Part shown: one piece after another, positions 26,911 to 40,702 of the stretch
How the letters are laid out: each line of letters opens with the position of its first letter
Position numbering within the stretch: position 1 is the stretch's first letter
Origin: Lama glama
Lineage: Eukaryota
Assembly (NCBI GenBank): GCA_028534125.1
Contig: CM052816.1
Location: forward strand, 26,600,001-26,660,000
Reading direction: 5' to 3'
DNA: 60,000 nucleotides
Position numbers and translations under genes: made by a program
The notes under the pieces: model-generated
What the model saw: only the letters and a program-made list of their open reading frames with translations
Database searches by the model: none
Told to the model about the DNA's origin: nothing

Positions 26911-28283
26911 GAACCCAGAAGTAAATCCACTCATAGATGGCCAAATAATTTTCAGCAAGGGTGACAAGACCTTCAGTGGGGAAGAGACTGTCTTTTCAAA
27001 AGATAGTGCTGGGAAAAGTGGATATTCACATGCGAAATAGTGACCTTGGATCCTCACCTTATATCCTATATCAAAATTAACTCAAAATGGATCAAAGACC
27101 AAAATGTCAGAGCTAAAAATATAAAACTCTTAGGAGAAAATATAGGGAAAGCTTCTTGACATTGGATTTGACAATGATTTTTGGATATGACACCAAAGGT
27201 ACAGACAACAAAGGGAAAAAATAGATAAACTGGATTTCATGAAAATTTAAAAATTTTGTGCATCAGAGGATACTATAAAGAGAGTGAAAAGGTAACCCAA
27301 GGACTGGGCGAAAACAGTTGCAAATCGTATCTCGGATGAGGGGTTAATATCCAGAATATATTGAACTTTAACAACTCAATAACAACAACAATAAAAAAAA
27401 ATGAACCTGATTTTAAAATGGGGAAAGGACTTGAACAGACATTTCTTCAAAGAAGATATAACAAATGGCCAATAAGCACATGAAAAGATGATCAACATGA
27501 CTAGTCACTAGGGAAATAAATGCAAATCTGTACCACTTCACACCACTAAGATGGCTTATCAAACAAACAAACAACCCAGAAAATAACAAGTGTCGGTGAG
27601 GATGTGAAAAACTGGAACCCTTGTGTACTGCTGGTGGGTGTGTAAAATGGTACAGCCACTATGGAAAACAGCATGACAGTTCCTCAAAAACTTAAAAATA
27701 GAATTGCCAGATGATCTAGCAATTCCTCTAGGTATATATCCAAAATAATTCAAAGCAGGATCTTGAAGAGATATGTGTACACTGAGATCCATATTAGCAT
27801 TATTCACAATAGCCAAAAGGTAGAAGCAACCCAAGTGTCCACTATGAATGAATGGATAAAGAAAACATAATATATATATAGAATGAATATTATTAGTCTT
27901 AAAAAGGAAGGACATCCTGACACATGACACAACACGAATGAAACCTGAGGATATTTAAGCTAGGTGAAAAAAGCCAATCACAAAAGGACAAATGCTGTAT
28001 AATTCCATTCATATGGGCACCTAGAGTAGTCAAATTCACAGAGACAGAAAGTAGAACAATCTTTGCCAGGGGCCAGGGGAAGAGGAAAACTGGGAGTTAT
28101 TGCTTAATGAGTCTAGCGTTGCAATTTCAGAAGATGAAAAAAGTTCTGGATATAGATGGTAGGGATGATTGTACAGCAATGTGAATATACTTAATGCCTT
28201 TGACCTTGTCAGTTAAAAATGGTTATAATGATAAATACTATGTTATGTAATTTTTTTTATCACATTTTTAAAAAGTGAAATAG
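26911..28283 (+). mobile_element. L1MB-like 5'-truncated LINE-1
   Basis: ORF2-end motifs (aaaattaactcaaaatggatcaaagacc, caaatggccaataagcacatgaaaagatg) and an L1MB-type 3'UTR. Degenerate TSD aagaattactttga (26897-26910) / aagatctactttga (28284-28297). Confidence 0.92.
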
Positions 28284-29884
28284 AAGATCTACTTTGAACT
28301 AAAAGCATTTTGGTAATGAAAGAAATCTGAGAATCCCACCCCAGGTTTGAAGTCTGAAGTTGTTCTCCGTAAGGGTGAAGTCAGTTTTCTTTGAAAAGCT
28401 GAAAGGCCGTATCAGTTCAAGCAGACAGGTGAGGAGACGGCAGGAGGAAGCTTGATGTTTGGAGAGAGGCTGGAGTTTGGCAAATCCAAAGACACTGGTC
28501 TTCAGAAACTTCACTTCCTGTTTCTTTAGATATTCTTGTCTTTTTCAGGGAAATGAACTCCATCTGGTCTGAGTCATCAGCACTTCTTGAAATGTTTGCT
28601 TTGAAGAGCTTGTTGATGTGCAAGACAACCTTAGCCTCCTCTTATCTCCTTTGTTTTTAATGAAAGAGGCTCTGTGATTGGCCAGAAGACTATAAAGCCA
28701 GCAAGACTCAAATTCATATCCAAAACTCAGGCCTGTGGAGTTTGAACATTTTCAAAACTTGGCCCAGAGGGAAAAACTCTGTAAGGAAATCTGCAGAAGA
28801 GAAGTTGCAGAAGTGTCTGAAAAACGAGCTGGGATAGACTCTAACTCCTTAAGCAGGAGAAAGAAAGGAGGCCAGTTTCCAGGTCTTGCCTCTTAGTTGC
28901 TTGGCTCATGTTCACAGGGGCACAGTCTACGGAAGATTAGCCCACCAGGCTAGCGCTCAGGGTGCATGTGCAAACAGCTCAGTCCAGGAAGGCCATCTTA
29001 AATGGAAAACAAGCTAGAAAGTGGGAGGACTACCAGTGTGCCAGCAGGAAACTCTTAACTGTGGGAAATGGTCTTTTAAAAGATGAACCAAATCTATTAA
29101 TGATTCTTCATACTTCACTTTGTGAGAGTCAAGGAACCTCTACAGTTTACTGGCCTCATTTGAGGGACCAGTGAATGGCCTTTGGTTACTTGGCCCAAAG
29201 TACGTGCATCGAAGTTGCCCCCAGTGAGTAGCAACGGGAGATGCTAAATATATTTGTCCCAGGGACAATGTCAACTTTTAGAAAGCCAGCTATTTCTAAA
29301 CCTGAAAACAGAACTCATCCAGCTGTGGATTTTGGCCTATTTCCATATGGATTATCTAAGAATAATTTTTCTTAGAGTAGTTACTTTTTGACCTGTTTTA
29401 TATGGGGGTTGCCCTCATATTTGGGCATATTTGCCTCATTAAGAGGCACTTTAAGACTCACAGCCAGGGAAAATCTTCCCATAGGAGGCGCCCGTGGAGG
29501 GGTGGGCAGTGCATGATGGGGGACAAATGTAGCAAAATGTGAAGAATGGATTTTTTTCCCCAGAGTCATGTACAAAACTTGCTTAGAGAAGCAGCAGGAC
29601 GAAGAAATAGCAATTCACTGCTCAACCCTAAGGGAAGGTGATGCTTAGAGCTGAGTCACTCTGATTTGGTCCATAAAGGGAGCTGTGTAAATGCCCTGTG
29701 GTTGCAGGACTAGTGAGATCTCCAAGCTCTGAGAGAGATGAGTATCACTATGAACGACTTTCAAGGAACTTCACAGATTCTCCTCACTTAACAGGATGCA
29801 GTTCTTCATTATATTTGCTTGTTATTATTTACAATAGTTAAATGTGTATTCTTATTCTTCTTATATATACATTTTTATTTGCTA

Positions 29885-30125
29885 GATGGCAAACATTTAC
29901 AAACCACTTACTATGTACCAGGTACTGTTTCAAGTGAACACATTTCATCTTCAGAATGATCTCATATGGTAGGTATTATTAGTATTATCCCCATTTTATA
30001 GATGAGAAAACTGAGTCACAGAGAGGTTACATGCCAAACTTAGAGTCACACAGTTTTTAAGTACTGGTTTTGAAATATGACCCCAGGCAATCTAGCCTGA
30101 GTTCACAAACTTTGACCCTCAGCTG
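29885..30125 (-). mobile_element. MIR SINE
   Basis: cttactatgtaccaggtactgtt...attatccccattttatagatgagaaaactgagtcacagagagg. Confidence 0.85.
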
Positions 30126-30157
30126 CCTCTCAATTATGCATTATTATATTCCCAATC

Positions 30158-30198
30158 CACACACACACACACATACACACACACACAAACACATACAC
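30158..30198. repeat. Imperfect (CA)n microsatellite
   Basis: Directly visible. Confidence 0.9.
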
Positions 30199-30819
30199 AA
30201 GAATTCCAAAGTGAAACAATGAAATGCAAAAGAAGAAATAATAACAGTAATAAAGATACATATCTTAAGATAATGCCCTAATTGTAAACGATCACAGGAA
30301 ATTACGTGCAAATATAAAATATAAAATATGTATCTATATAGGCTGGGCTGAGTGAAACTGACTATATGATATCTGAAAAAAATAGATTTTTCTAAAATCC
30401 TCCTCTCTGTTTACCCCTGGTCTCTAGTACGTTATCTGCTTAAAAAAAAAAATCATCATTTAGGGTCATGAAGCAACTAGAGCCTTCCCCTTGTTTTTAA
30501 ACACAGCACAACAACCTTCCTGATAAACCAACAGCTTTTTTAGAACATGTACAAAATAATACTTTCCAGCAAGCAATTTACAAATTATGCTCTAAGGCAT
30601 TAGAGAAACCAAAAGTACAGAGGCATCATTTAAAGTGACATTCTCTACAGCAAAACAAGTCACACTATTGCCAATAAGCTTGAAAAGCCAGCTAAATATT
30701 TACTGATTGATATCATGTTTGGCAAGAGAACAGAAAAAGCTATTGGAGAAGCTCCCTTTTCAACTGGCATTGTGGTTGCCATGTAATAATAATGACATAA
30801 TAAGGACCAATGTCCATCA

Positions 30820-30965
30820 TCTATAGCGATTAAGAACATGGCCTCCAGAACCAGGATGCTGAAATACACGTTCCAACTCTGCCACTTGTTAAGCGTGATC
30901 TTGGGCAAGGTACAGTGCCTGGCACAGAGTACCTGCTGTATCAGTGTTTGTCAAATACGTAAATA
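30820..30965 (+). mobile_element. MIR fragment with internal deletion
   Basis: ctctgccacttgttaagcgtgatcttgggcaag joined to acagtgcctggcacagagta. Confidence 0.65.
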
Positions 30966-31449
30966 AAACATGTGCTAACAGATATTCCACCCTGCAGTTG
31001 GACAAAACCGCTGATGGGCAGTGTACAAATTCAGCATACATGTATATGAGGGAGCATTATGTGATGATTTTTGTTCTAATTAACACTGAAAGCTAGTATG
31101 ATAAAATAAGAAACTTTTGGGGTTACCTTAATAATTATTTTGTGAGATACAATGTAAATAGAAAAGGTGAGTTAGTTTGAGTATTGATGGGATACTAAGT
31201 ATGTATGCACCAACAGTATAATATTTGTCAATTATTAAATAAGTGTCAATCCATAGCCAGCTTTATTCATAAAGAACAGTAAGTGACCAAAAATCTGCCT
31301 CCAAATCTTAATTAAATGTTGAAGGAAATCATGAAAATTGTACATATAATCAACTCACAGCCACTGAACGTCTTTTTGACGTGCTGTATGAAAAAGCAGC
31401 AGTGAACACGGGCACTCTGATTCTTTACACTGAGCTATGTTGGTTATTG

Positions 31450-32105
31450 TATTGATTATCTAATGCCACATTTACTCCATGTAACAAAGAATTGCCAGAT
31501 CTCTGTGGCACACAACAGTACATGTATCGCTCATGTCATAAGAACCATTTGGGAATTAGCTTGGCGGTGCTGTTAAATTTGGCTGGGCTCACACACATCT
31601 AGGGGTTGGCTGGCTATCGGCTAGGGCTACTGGGGCAACGTGGCTCAGTTCCAAGCATCTCTCATCCTCCAGCAGGCTACCCCAGGCGCAGTATCACCAT
31701 AACAAAGAGATACAAGGGAGCAAGGAGAAACACATAAAACCTCAAGGGCTAAGCTCAGAGCCACAGTCACTTCTACACAGGCTATTGATCCACAAATTCT
31801 ACTGTACAGCACAGGGAACTCTATTCAGTATCTTGTAGTAACCTATAATGAAAAAGAATATGAAGAGGAACATATGTATGTATATGTATGACTGAAACAT
31901 TATGCTGTACACCAGAAATTGACACATTGCAAACGGACTATACTTCAATAAAAAAATACTTATGCAAAATTTTAAAAAGCCAGCCCCTATTTGAGGTGTA
32001 GGGAAATAGACTACACCTTTTTAGTAGCCAAAATGACAAGTTCAACATGGCAAAGGCAATGAATCCACCGAGGAAGCAAAGTGAAAGACCATTTCAATGA
32101 TTCAA
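31450..32105 (-). mobile_element. MLT1-type MaLR solo LTR interrupted by an L1 3' end
   Basis: Starts tgtattgattatctaatgc (antisense LTR end), with ggctgggctcac, tctctcatcctccagcaggcta and gggaaatagactacacct motifs. Confidence 0.75.
31791..31978 (+). mobile_element. Short artiodactyl/camelid L1 3' end nested in the MLT1 LTR
   Basis: tactgtacagcacagggaactctattcagtatcttgtagtaacctataatgaaaaagaatatg...gactatacttcaataaaaaaa. Confidence 0.9.
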
Positions 32106-33439
32106 AATGTTGTCCCCTCAAAATGCATTCTCCAAGGGATGTATTTCTACAATTTACCGAAAATTGGCAGGCTGTGTTTCTATGAACTGCTCACAACTCG
32201 CTCTGCAGTTTGAGAATGTGTTGATTCTACAATCAGTCCTAAGATTTCATGATTTTTAAGTTAAAATCGTATCGTCTTATAAGACCAAACTGGAATGCAA
32301 ATGTCTAACTGCCAAGAGCTTTTTGATACTGGATAATTTTTATTATTTGTTGGAAAAAATCAGTGATGATACATTTTAAAACCATAAGCAAATACAACAG
32401 GATCATAAAAAATATCTTCCACAGCCATAAGCAACCAGCGTGGATTAGGAAACCCTTTGCCTTTAGCTCTCAAGTTGAAATTTCAAATTTCTAGCTTTGA
32501 AACAGTGTATGTTCTTCAGGTTAGAGTCTGACACACAGCTGAAAGTAATTTTCAGTGATAAAAAAAATTCTCCTTAAATTTCTGGGCTTGTGGCTAACCT
32601 GACTGTCGACGACTTTGAATGAACCATCAAATACCTGCCACCACTGCCAATAACATAATTGGGAATTAAGTGTTTCTAAATTAAAGGAAAGAAAGAAAAA
32701 GAAAAGAAGCTACTAAGATGTGGAAATTGACTTATGGCTCAAACTATCCCTCAAGGGAGCCAGATGACCAGACTACCTTTCAGGAAGATAATTTGGGGAA
32801 AGATTATAGATGTTATCATTCTTATTGCTGACATGAACAAAATTATGATTTATTTTTAAATGATTTATTATTTAAAAACTTAACAACTTTTAAAAAATAT
32901 ACCTAAAACTGGTGGACTACATGTAAGCTCTCTGCCATTGTAATGTTCTGCAGATGACAAAAGTTTGAAAAACGAGCAATGGTCAGCAACTGTTTGAAAA
33001 AGAGCTTGCCAACCCCGAGAATCCGCACAGGAGCTTCTGTATAGATCCAGGCACTTGGAATTATATTCAAGAATACTCATCAGTCGGGAACACTATCATT
33101 TTGCATTGCAAAAGTGACATGGCAAGTACTGCCAAGAACTCCTATTTTGAAAGTAGGTCCTCATTTCTGATGGAATCCTTTTCTTAAGAAATATTTGCAT
33201 GGCATGCCTGGACAACGGAATACCCATTTGATGCGACAGAATGGCAGGATAAAATTCAACTCCTTGTTTCCAGGTTGGGGCTGGCTACTGAGCCTGGCCC
33301 CTCAGGAGAGTTAGCAACTTTGTCAGACAGCTGCCGGGTGGCAGGATCATTTTCACATTGATTACAAACTCACAGAAAGGACAAGCAACCGAAAAATGGA
33401 GTGTAAACTCCCAAATCGAAAAATTGTATCTTCTAGTTG

Positions 33440-33870
33440 ATTAGACCAAAACACTTCGGAGTCAGCCTTGACTCTTTTTCTAACATCCCACCTCCAACCC
33501 ATTAGCAAACCCTGACAGTCCTCAAAATATGCCCAAAATTTAACCACTTCCTGCCACCTTTCCCACTAACCCCCTAATGGAAGACACTATCATCTCTATC
33601 TGGATTGAGATATCCTCCTAAACATCTCCTGTATTCAGCCCACATTCCTCAACAAAGCAGCCAGAATGATTCTTTTCAATCAGCTCACACCCCATCGCTG
33701 CTCCCAGCCCATTTCTCCCACCTCACTCAGGAAACAGCCAAGTTCTCACAATGGTCTCCAGGCTAGAAATGGACCACCCCACATTGCCTCTCTAACCTCA
33801 CCCTTTACAATCTCTCCTTCTTTCCATCCACTCCAGCCTCAGTGTCCTCCTTACTCCTTAAAGCTCACAG
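33440..33870 (+). mobile_element. L2 fragment
   Basis: ggagtcagccttgactc...ccacttcctgccacc...cagccagaatgattctttt. Confidence 0.75.
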
Positions 33871-36800
33871 ATATTTTTCTCAGAGTCAAGTGGAATTTTA
33901 TTTTCTGACAGAATAAGAGATACATAAAACAGCTGACTTTGGCTTTCAGACTGAGAGCCCCTGACCCTGGACACTGAGAAGAATCACAGACCCAGTTACT
34001 TCAAAGCAAGAGATTTCTGCTCTTGAAGTCTTATGGTGGCCAGAGACCAAATATCAAATCCATCCTGCCACAAAATTGTGAGTTTCCTTGAGAGTGGACC
34101 CAACTTGGTTCAGCAAATGAGCGCGAGAGCACAGGAAAGGAAAACAGCCATCTCAAATATAGCTAATAAACCACAGGCAGAAGTTTTAACAACATTTCTG
34201 CTAGCTAGCTCTACAAGCTTTCTCATTCCATTTGCTAGCTAATGTCTTCCCCCAAAGAGTTTGTTGACTGCCTACTCCCTCAGCAGCACGCTAGCAATGA
34301 AGAGTTTGCATTCGGGAAAAGGACCAACGTAGGACTAGAGACAGCCCAGGGGCAGATCAAGTTATCATGGGAACGTTTTATTAATCAAGTATATTTACAT
34401 TTCTTGGCCAATTATCTCTAAATGTGTGCCTGTTTTTCATTTAAACATAATCTAATTCTGGTAGATTCTATCCTAAGAGTACAGCTGCATGCATGATCTC
34501 ATTGGTTCTTTGTAGTTTTTTTTAAGACGTGAGTTTAATAAGTTAAAAAAAATAAACAAATTGTTTACCACTCTAATTGCAGGATAATTGTTCTTTTCAC
34601 ATCAGTGGCCTTTACAGCAAGAGGTCCTCACCACCCACAGAGAGCTTCTCTTCATTCTCTTGACTGACTTGCTTAAACTTTCCAAACCTCAAAATCAGAA
34701 CTGAAATTGAGTTCTTAGCCTAGTCATTTTATTTGAGAGGAAATTGGAGAGAGACATATTTCTATTTCAATGGGGAACAATTACAGTAAATTTTTAATTA
34801 GCATATTAAGGAAATGTATACAATGCCTTGACAGCATCTAACTATCACAATTCTATTAGCATACTACAAAGCTGGATGGCTTCCCCTTGATAATAGAAAA
34901 TAAATTAAGGGGACATCAGGTTTCCAAAATAATTTTGCTAATCTGAGCCAAAGTTTTCTTCATTATCTGAGTCACTCACTTGGCATTTGCATTTATACCA
35001 GGGGAGACCTCTTTCACAAAGTACTTAGAACTTCCCAGGAGAGAAATTTTGTCTTTATTTTTTGGCCATTTCATTCTTTCCAAGTTGGGAGAAGTTTAAG
35101 TAGGCATACTAAATTGTTCAGAGAAAGTGAGTCTACCAGGGTTGATTTCTAGCATTAGGCAGTGCTTGAATGGGGACTGTGAGATGGTGGATATTTGGTC
35201 TAGAATGGCTTCTCTCCCCGACATGTGGTGATCACCTGCTGTGGTGACAGGATTTTTTTTTTTAACAAGAATGAGTTTGGCTAGAGAAAAATATCTCCAA
35301 GTTGTTGAAGTTTACTCAAGATTTTTTTCAGTCGGGAGTGATGTGCTAAGCTTTGAGGGAAGAAAAGCAGCAACAGTGATGCTTTACAAGGCAGGAAACA
35401 GGAAATACCAACTGGAGCCTACCATGTTTCACTGATGGGGAAAATGCATTCATCCTTTTGACAACCATTGTGCCTGTTAGAATCCATATTTGGGGGAAAA
35501 AAGTAATATATAATATAGTTTCAGGACCAGGGTAAAGAACTGCCCTGTAATTAAGTCAGTTCACAAAGAAGTTTTATAAACTTACTTTCTGAACACCTCT
35601 GACAAATCGTCTCATCTAGATTGTCTATGAACTTGAACTGGTTCCTTGAGGACCTCATGCATTTAACTACCTTATCTGTGCCTTTGACAAAGCAAACCTA
35701 TAATGACTCCAGTCTTTCTAGCTCAGTGCTTTAAACCAACAGACTAACCACAGAAGCTCATATTCTTAATGGACACAAGTGCATAATTACTCCACTGATG
35801 CCTGAAAAGTAACTCACTTAGCATTCAATCAGAACAAAAGAAGAAAACTAGATTTCACTTAGCCCCCCCGTTCAGGATGTGTTTTCACTTGTCAATAGCG
35901 TTCAAGCCCAGTTCTTTTTTGGCCAATGTCCAACGGAGCCTGCCTTTCTGCCTGTTGCCATTTGTCCTGATGTATAGAACACACTTGAGAGGATTTTTTT
36001 CTCTTAATGTGGAATTTTAGTTGCATGTTTAGAAAAACAAAACAATACCCACCAGCAATGGGATATTTGAAATTCTGCTGTCTGTAGGCACAGATTTAGA
36101 GATGATGAAATCAGTAACTATAATAATATATATATATTTAAGAATATTTTAGCACTGTTTCCACAAACATATTTCATAAATAAATGGTACTTGTTTATTT
36201 TAAAAAGCTCTAACTCTTCAGAAGAGTTTGAATAAGGAAATATTTTCCCTTTTGAATAATTACTGTCATGTGGTTTTGGAGAGGGAAAAATGTAAACCTG
36301 CTAAGACAAGATTGAGTATATAGGAGAAGAGGATAATGATAGTATCTTTGTTATAAGAATTAAATTAGATAATTCATGTCAAGCAGTCAGAACAGTGCCT
36401 GACAGTGATCACACAACATAATGCCATCATTATTATTATCCCCATCAACTTCTGAGGGAATAAGCTCAGATTTTATTTTTCCATCAAAATCTACTCTGCA
36501 GATTCTTTTGTATTTCTAAGGACAATGGTAGCATCTCAATACACAGGGCAGACAATTCAATGGTTTTAGGTATTCACCCTGTTTTCTGACATATTTTTCT
36601 CTTTTTAAATCATTTTTCATACTGATTTGATGAAACATCTGACATTCATTACTGAAAAGAATAAACTCAATAAATATTTTAAATGTTAAACACAACAATA
36701 GATTACAGTCCAAACATCTGTGGCCAGGCTTCCACAGATAAAGCAGTATCCTTTTCAGTTTGGCTCTCTTTGGCCAGTTGTATGTGACAGCTGATTGCTG

Positions 36801-39800
36801 GGTTTGTAGAATTTAATCTTGAGAAGGCTTGAAATATGTGACTCTTCCTGGGACTCTTATGCTGTTATTTTGTGGTAGTTCAGATAAGTGCTAGTGATGG
36901 GAAAAACCTCAAATTCTTGAGTGGATAAGGACCTAAATATCTAGTCACTTCGTAAAATGTCTCCAAAATTCTCTACCTTGAAAGGAACTTGACAAATGAG
37001 TGACATTCCTGGAACCTACTGTTATCACTTAAAGAAGCATATCTCTTAGTATCTCTCAGGATTTGGTATCAGGAATTGGTAAAGGTCTATGGGAAATAAA
37101 ATTCAAGTCACATCAAGGAAAGAAAATAGAAACTAACTTTTTTGAAAAATGTGTTTCTTTAGCTCATTTGTTATCCCTGGCCTGGTTTCTGCAAGCATAG
37201 GTAGCCTTAATATGAGAATGAGCAATGTGGCTCTCAACACTGGCTCCTGGGCCTGCTCAAAGCAACCCACTGACCCACGTTGTTCAGGAAATGCTCCACT
37301 TGGTAAGACATGCTATGTTTTCCAAATTTAAACAACTCAACAGACACTTGCACTTGATTTTTAAAATCAGTGCAAAACAATAACAGTAATTTTGCTACTT
37401 CCACTATGAAAAGCAACTAAATACAAGTATCTTACATGAACACAGCATAGTCAATTATTAGCAATTAGTTTTGCAATAATGTACCAGGTACTTGGGTGCC
37501 ACTGAAGAGGAGGAGTCTCCAGCTTTACCGCGCCAAGAGCTTGATACTGAGGCTCAAAAGCAAACTTAATCCAACGACTGCTATTTTTAAACCAGCAGTA
37601 AATATCCCTTCTGACACTGCTCTCTGAAGCCTCTGAGTACAATTTAGGAGTCCCTGCCTCTGACAGCACCACAGCCACACCCTGGGGACAAGGGCTACAC
37701 TGCCAAGGCTTGACGCTAACGAGCCCACTCAGACACACACAGTCTACAGAGCTCCTGCCCTGAGCAGTTCCAGCCCTGTCCTCACTTGTTGCCATATCAC
37801 TGGAATAGGGTCATAAAAACCTTAAGACCCAAACTCTAATCCTAGGATCTTGATATTGTTGCTAAGAACCAATAGCCAGGTTGGTCAGCCAAAGACAACC
37901 AAGTCGTGTACTGTAATTTGTTTTGAAATTTTCTACCTTCTGGTTTCCAGCTGAGTTTACATCTTTCTGATTCTCCCAGTTGTAACTTCACTGAGACCAC
38001 AGTCTAAAAGACTAAAATACTCATGCTATTAGCCAGCCACTTACAAGAAGAATATTATTTTCTCACCAATAGTCATTTAAATAAAGCTCCTTATGGTGAA
38101 CACCTAAAATGGAGTCTCTATACAAAATAAGAGTTCAAAAAATATTTGTGGAATAAATGAATGAAACAATGAAGCAACCAATTGATGAAAAAAATTTGAT
38201 GACTTGGTAAATGTTAGTAAATCTTTCTATATCTGGACTAGAATGAAGTTCTTCCAAAGCACAATCCAATAAATTTGCCAGCCCCATGAGGATAGACATG
38301 TATCATAATCCTTTTCTGTTAGCTTCCCCCCATAAGGTTATACTTGAATGGATGTTCAATAAATATTTACTAAGTAAATCAAATGATATAAACTATACAA
38401 GATTTAGTTTTACAGCTTTAATTAGCCATACAGTAACTCTATAAAAGTGTATCTCCTCTGAAAAAAGTCATTTTTAAAGATAAAGACAACCCAAATGCAA
38501 AGCTTATATTAAAAAAAAAAATCATGCACATTTCCTGGGGAAAATATTCAGCTTTCCCTAAGGTTACTGAGATTCTTCTAGAAATATGATGTCTACAGGC
38601 CCACCAGGCATTACCCATTAGCTTAGACTCCTAGCTAGAGCATGTGCTAGGATGGCATGTCTTGTTCTGGGTGAAAAAAGAAAAAAAAAATTCAGTCCTC
38701 ATTGATAGAAAGGAATAAAAAAGAATTGCTTCGTGAGCCAAACACAGATTCAGCCCTGACAGTCTTCTGTCTCATCACAGATATCCTTCCCTCTCCTTAA
38801 TAACTCAGTTTTTCTTCTCTTTATATCATGATTAATTAGGAAACTGCTAATCAGGGAAACCAGCAAATCTTGATGGCTGCAGTCTCTGCCACCCATTTGC
38901 AGTGTCCCTCGGGAATATCTGTCAGTTTTAAATAGAAAAGGCGAAAGCAGTTGCTGGGAGGTTTTAAGGAGTATCTCCCTCCCCAGCACATACTTCAGTG
39001 ACCGCAATACCAACTCCAGGGTTCCATGTCACTTTGGGCTCAGCAACGTGGAAATTCTGAATGTCCTCAATCTCCTATTCGCTAAGTAGCAAATATTTTC
39101 GGACCAAATTTGGTGGACAATACATGCCCCAAATTTCCCCTACGAATAAAGGAGAAGAATAGACTTACATAAGCAGTAGTCTAGAAGACTTTTGGTAGAA
39201 AGGTTACTGCCACGTGAAGTGGGAGTTTGGGAGCAGCTGGCAAAGCCTTTAGAGTGGCAGGACCACTGTTAGGGAGACTCTGCCCACACTAGCTATGAAG
39301 AGAGGGGTGAAGGCTTCTCACACTCGCCTACAAACTCTGAGGGGGTGCACTGTGTCCACCTGTGAAATGAGGCAAATAGCCGAACTGACTTTTCTCACTG
39401 AAAAAAATATTAGAAACATACAGGTGAGTCCCTCATGATTTGGAAAAAGCACAGGCAAAGGTTTCAACTTGCATAAATGGAACAGCTTGCTCATGTGTAC
39501 AACCAATCTGTTGTTTTCTGGCAAGTTTCGGGTTAATATGGCCACAGATTTTCCCCACCCTTGCCAATGGCACACATGTTTGTCAAAGGTCTCCATCACT
39601 TAGAACGAACAACTGTAATATCAGAACACATTTCAATCTACCAGAGAAAATATTTTCCATCCAAAACAGTTACATAGCAGCACACATTGCTTATTACTCC
39701 CATGACAAGGAGTCGGCAAGAAATGGGGGTAAATCTGAATGACTTCAGATTGGACAACAGTCAAAATTAGCCAAATTCCTCTGTGGGACCGATCATCTTA

Positions 39801-40029
39801 GAGATCATTTTGAGAGCGATAATAAATAAATTACAAACACTGTTAGTGAGGCCCGGTTTTACTCCATTTTAAATGTGACAGCTGGGGGCTAAGGGATGGG
39901 GACAAGAAATGAAAACGGGAGAGAAATTTTCTGAGAATCAAATACACAATGACAGATTAAACCAAACCACGAGCATCCTCGCCTTTCAGCGGCCAGTTCA
40001 GTTACAGGTCTCCTATTTTTGTTAAGGGA

Positions 40030-40650
40030 AGATGATGGGAGGGCTCCTTAAAGGCTGTGTCCTGCTATCAGGTGATCAAGAAATCTACAGAGACAGCTTC
40101 TGTTCAGCATCTAAACTGTTCAGTTTTAAGCTAGACTTGATCTCCGCGACGCTGCTGGGAGCTAACAGCCAAAAGTGCGAGAGCCATCAGTTCTTCCTGA
40201 TGTTGCATCATTGCGTGGAAGGGGACCAATCTGACAGGGTGCTGCTGATGGACTTCCCAAAGGCTAGCGGAGGTAATGCTCACTTTCCTAGCCCTCAAAC
40301 AAAGATCCGAGAAATCGTATACACACTCCTTTCTCTTTCGTGGGTCAACGTTGAGAGAAGAATATTTATCAAGGGCCAGAGGAGATGAGAAGGTAACTCT
40401 TCTTGATAAAATGAGCTGTTCCGGGGGCAGTCTGTTCTAACCACCACCCTCGCCGTGGCTCCTCCTCTCCAGGTTTCCTTGTTTGGGCTCTTTCCACCTA
40501 TTTTTGCCGAAATGCTCCTCTGCACTCAGGAGGGCCTCCCAGGCTTCACCTGGAGGTATGAGGAAGATGCAACTGCCTAGAAGGATCTGGACCGGGGGGC
40601 TTGGCACTATTTTTGCTGACATATTTAACACTTTCACAGACACAACAAAA
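40030..40650 (+). mobile_element. Highly degenerate CR1/L2-group LINE reverse-transcriptase fossil (tentative)
   Basis: Colinear remnants GDQEIYRDSFCSASKLF (~NYRPISL.S..SKLFE), VLLMDFPKA (~.YLDFSKAFD), LQVSLFGLF (~PQGSVLGPLLF) and EEDATA*KDLDR (~ED...LQ.DLDRL). Confidence 0.5.
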
Positions 40651-40702
40651 ATTACTGGAAACCTAATACCTTATATTCAGCCTCGTACTTAAGAACTTTA
40701 TT
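40635..40702 (-). terminator. Poly(A) signal AATAAA (40702-40697) with downstream GU/U-rich element
   Basis: Minus strand reads cacaaaAATAAAgttcttaagtacg... then ...aatttttgttgtgtctgtgaaag about 45-60 nt downstream, a canonical arrangement. Confidence 0.7.
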
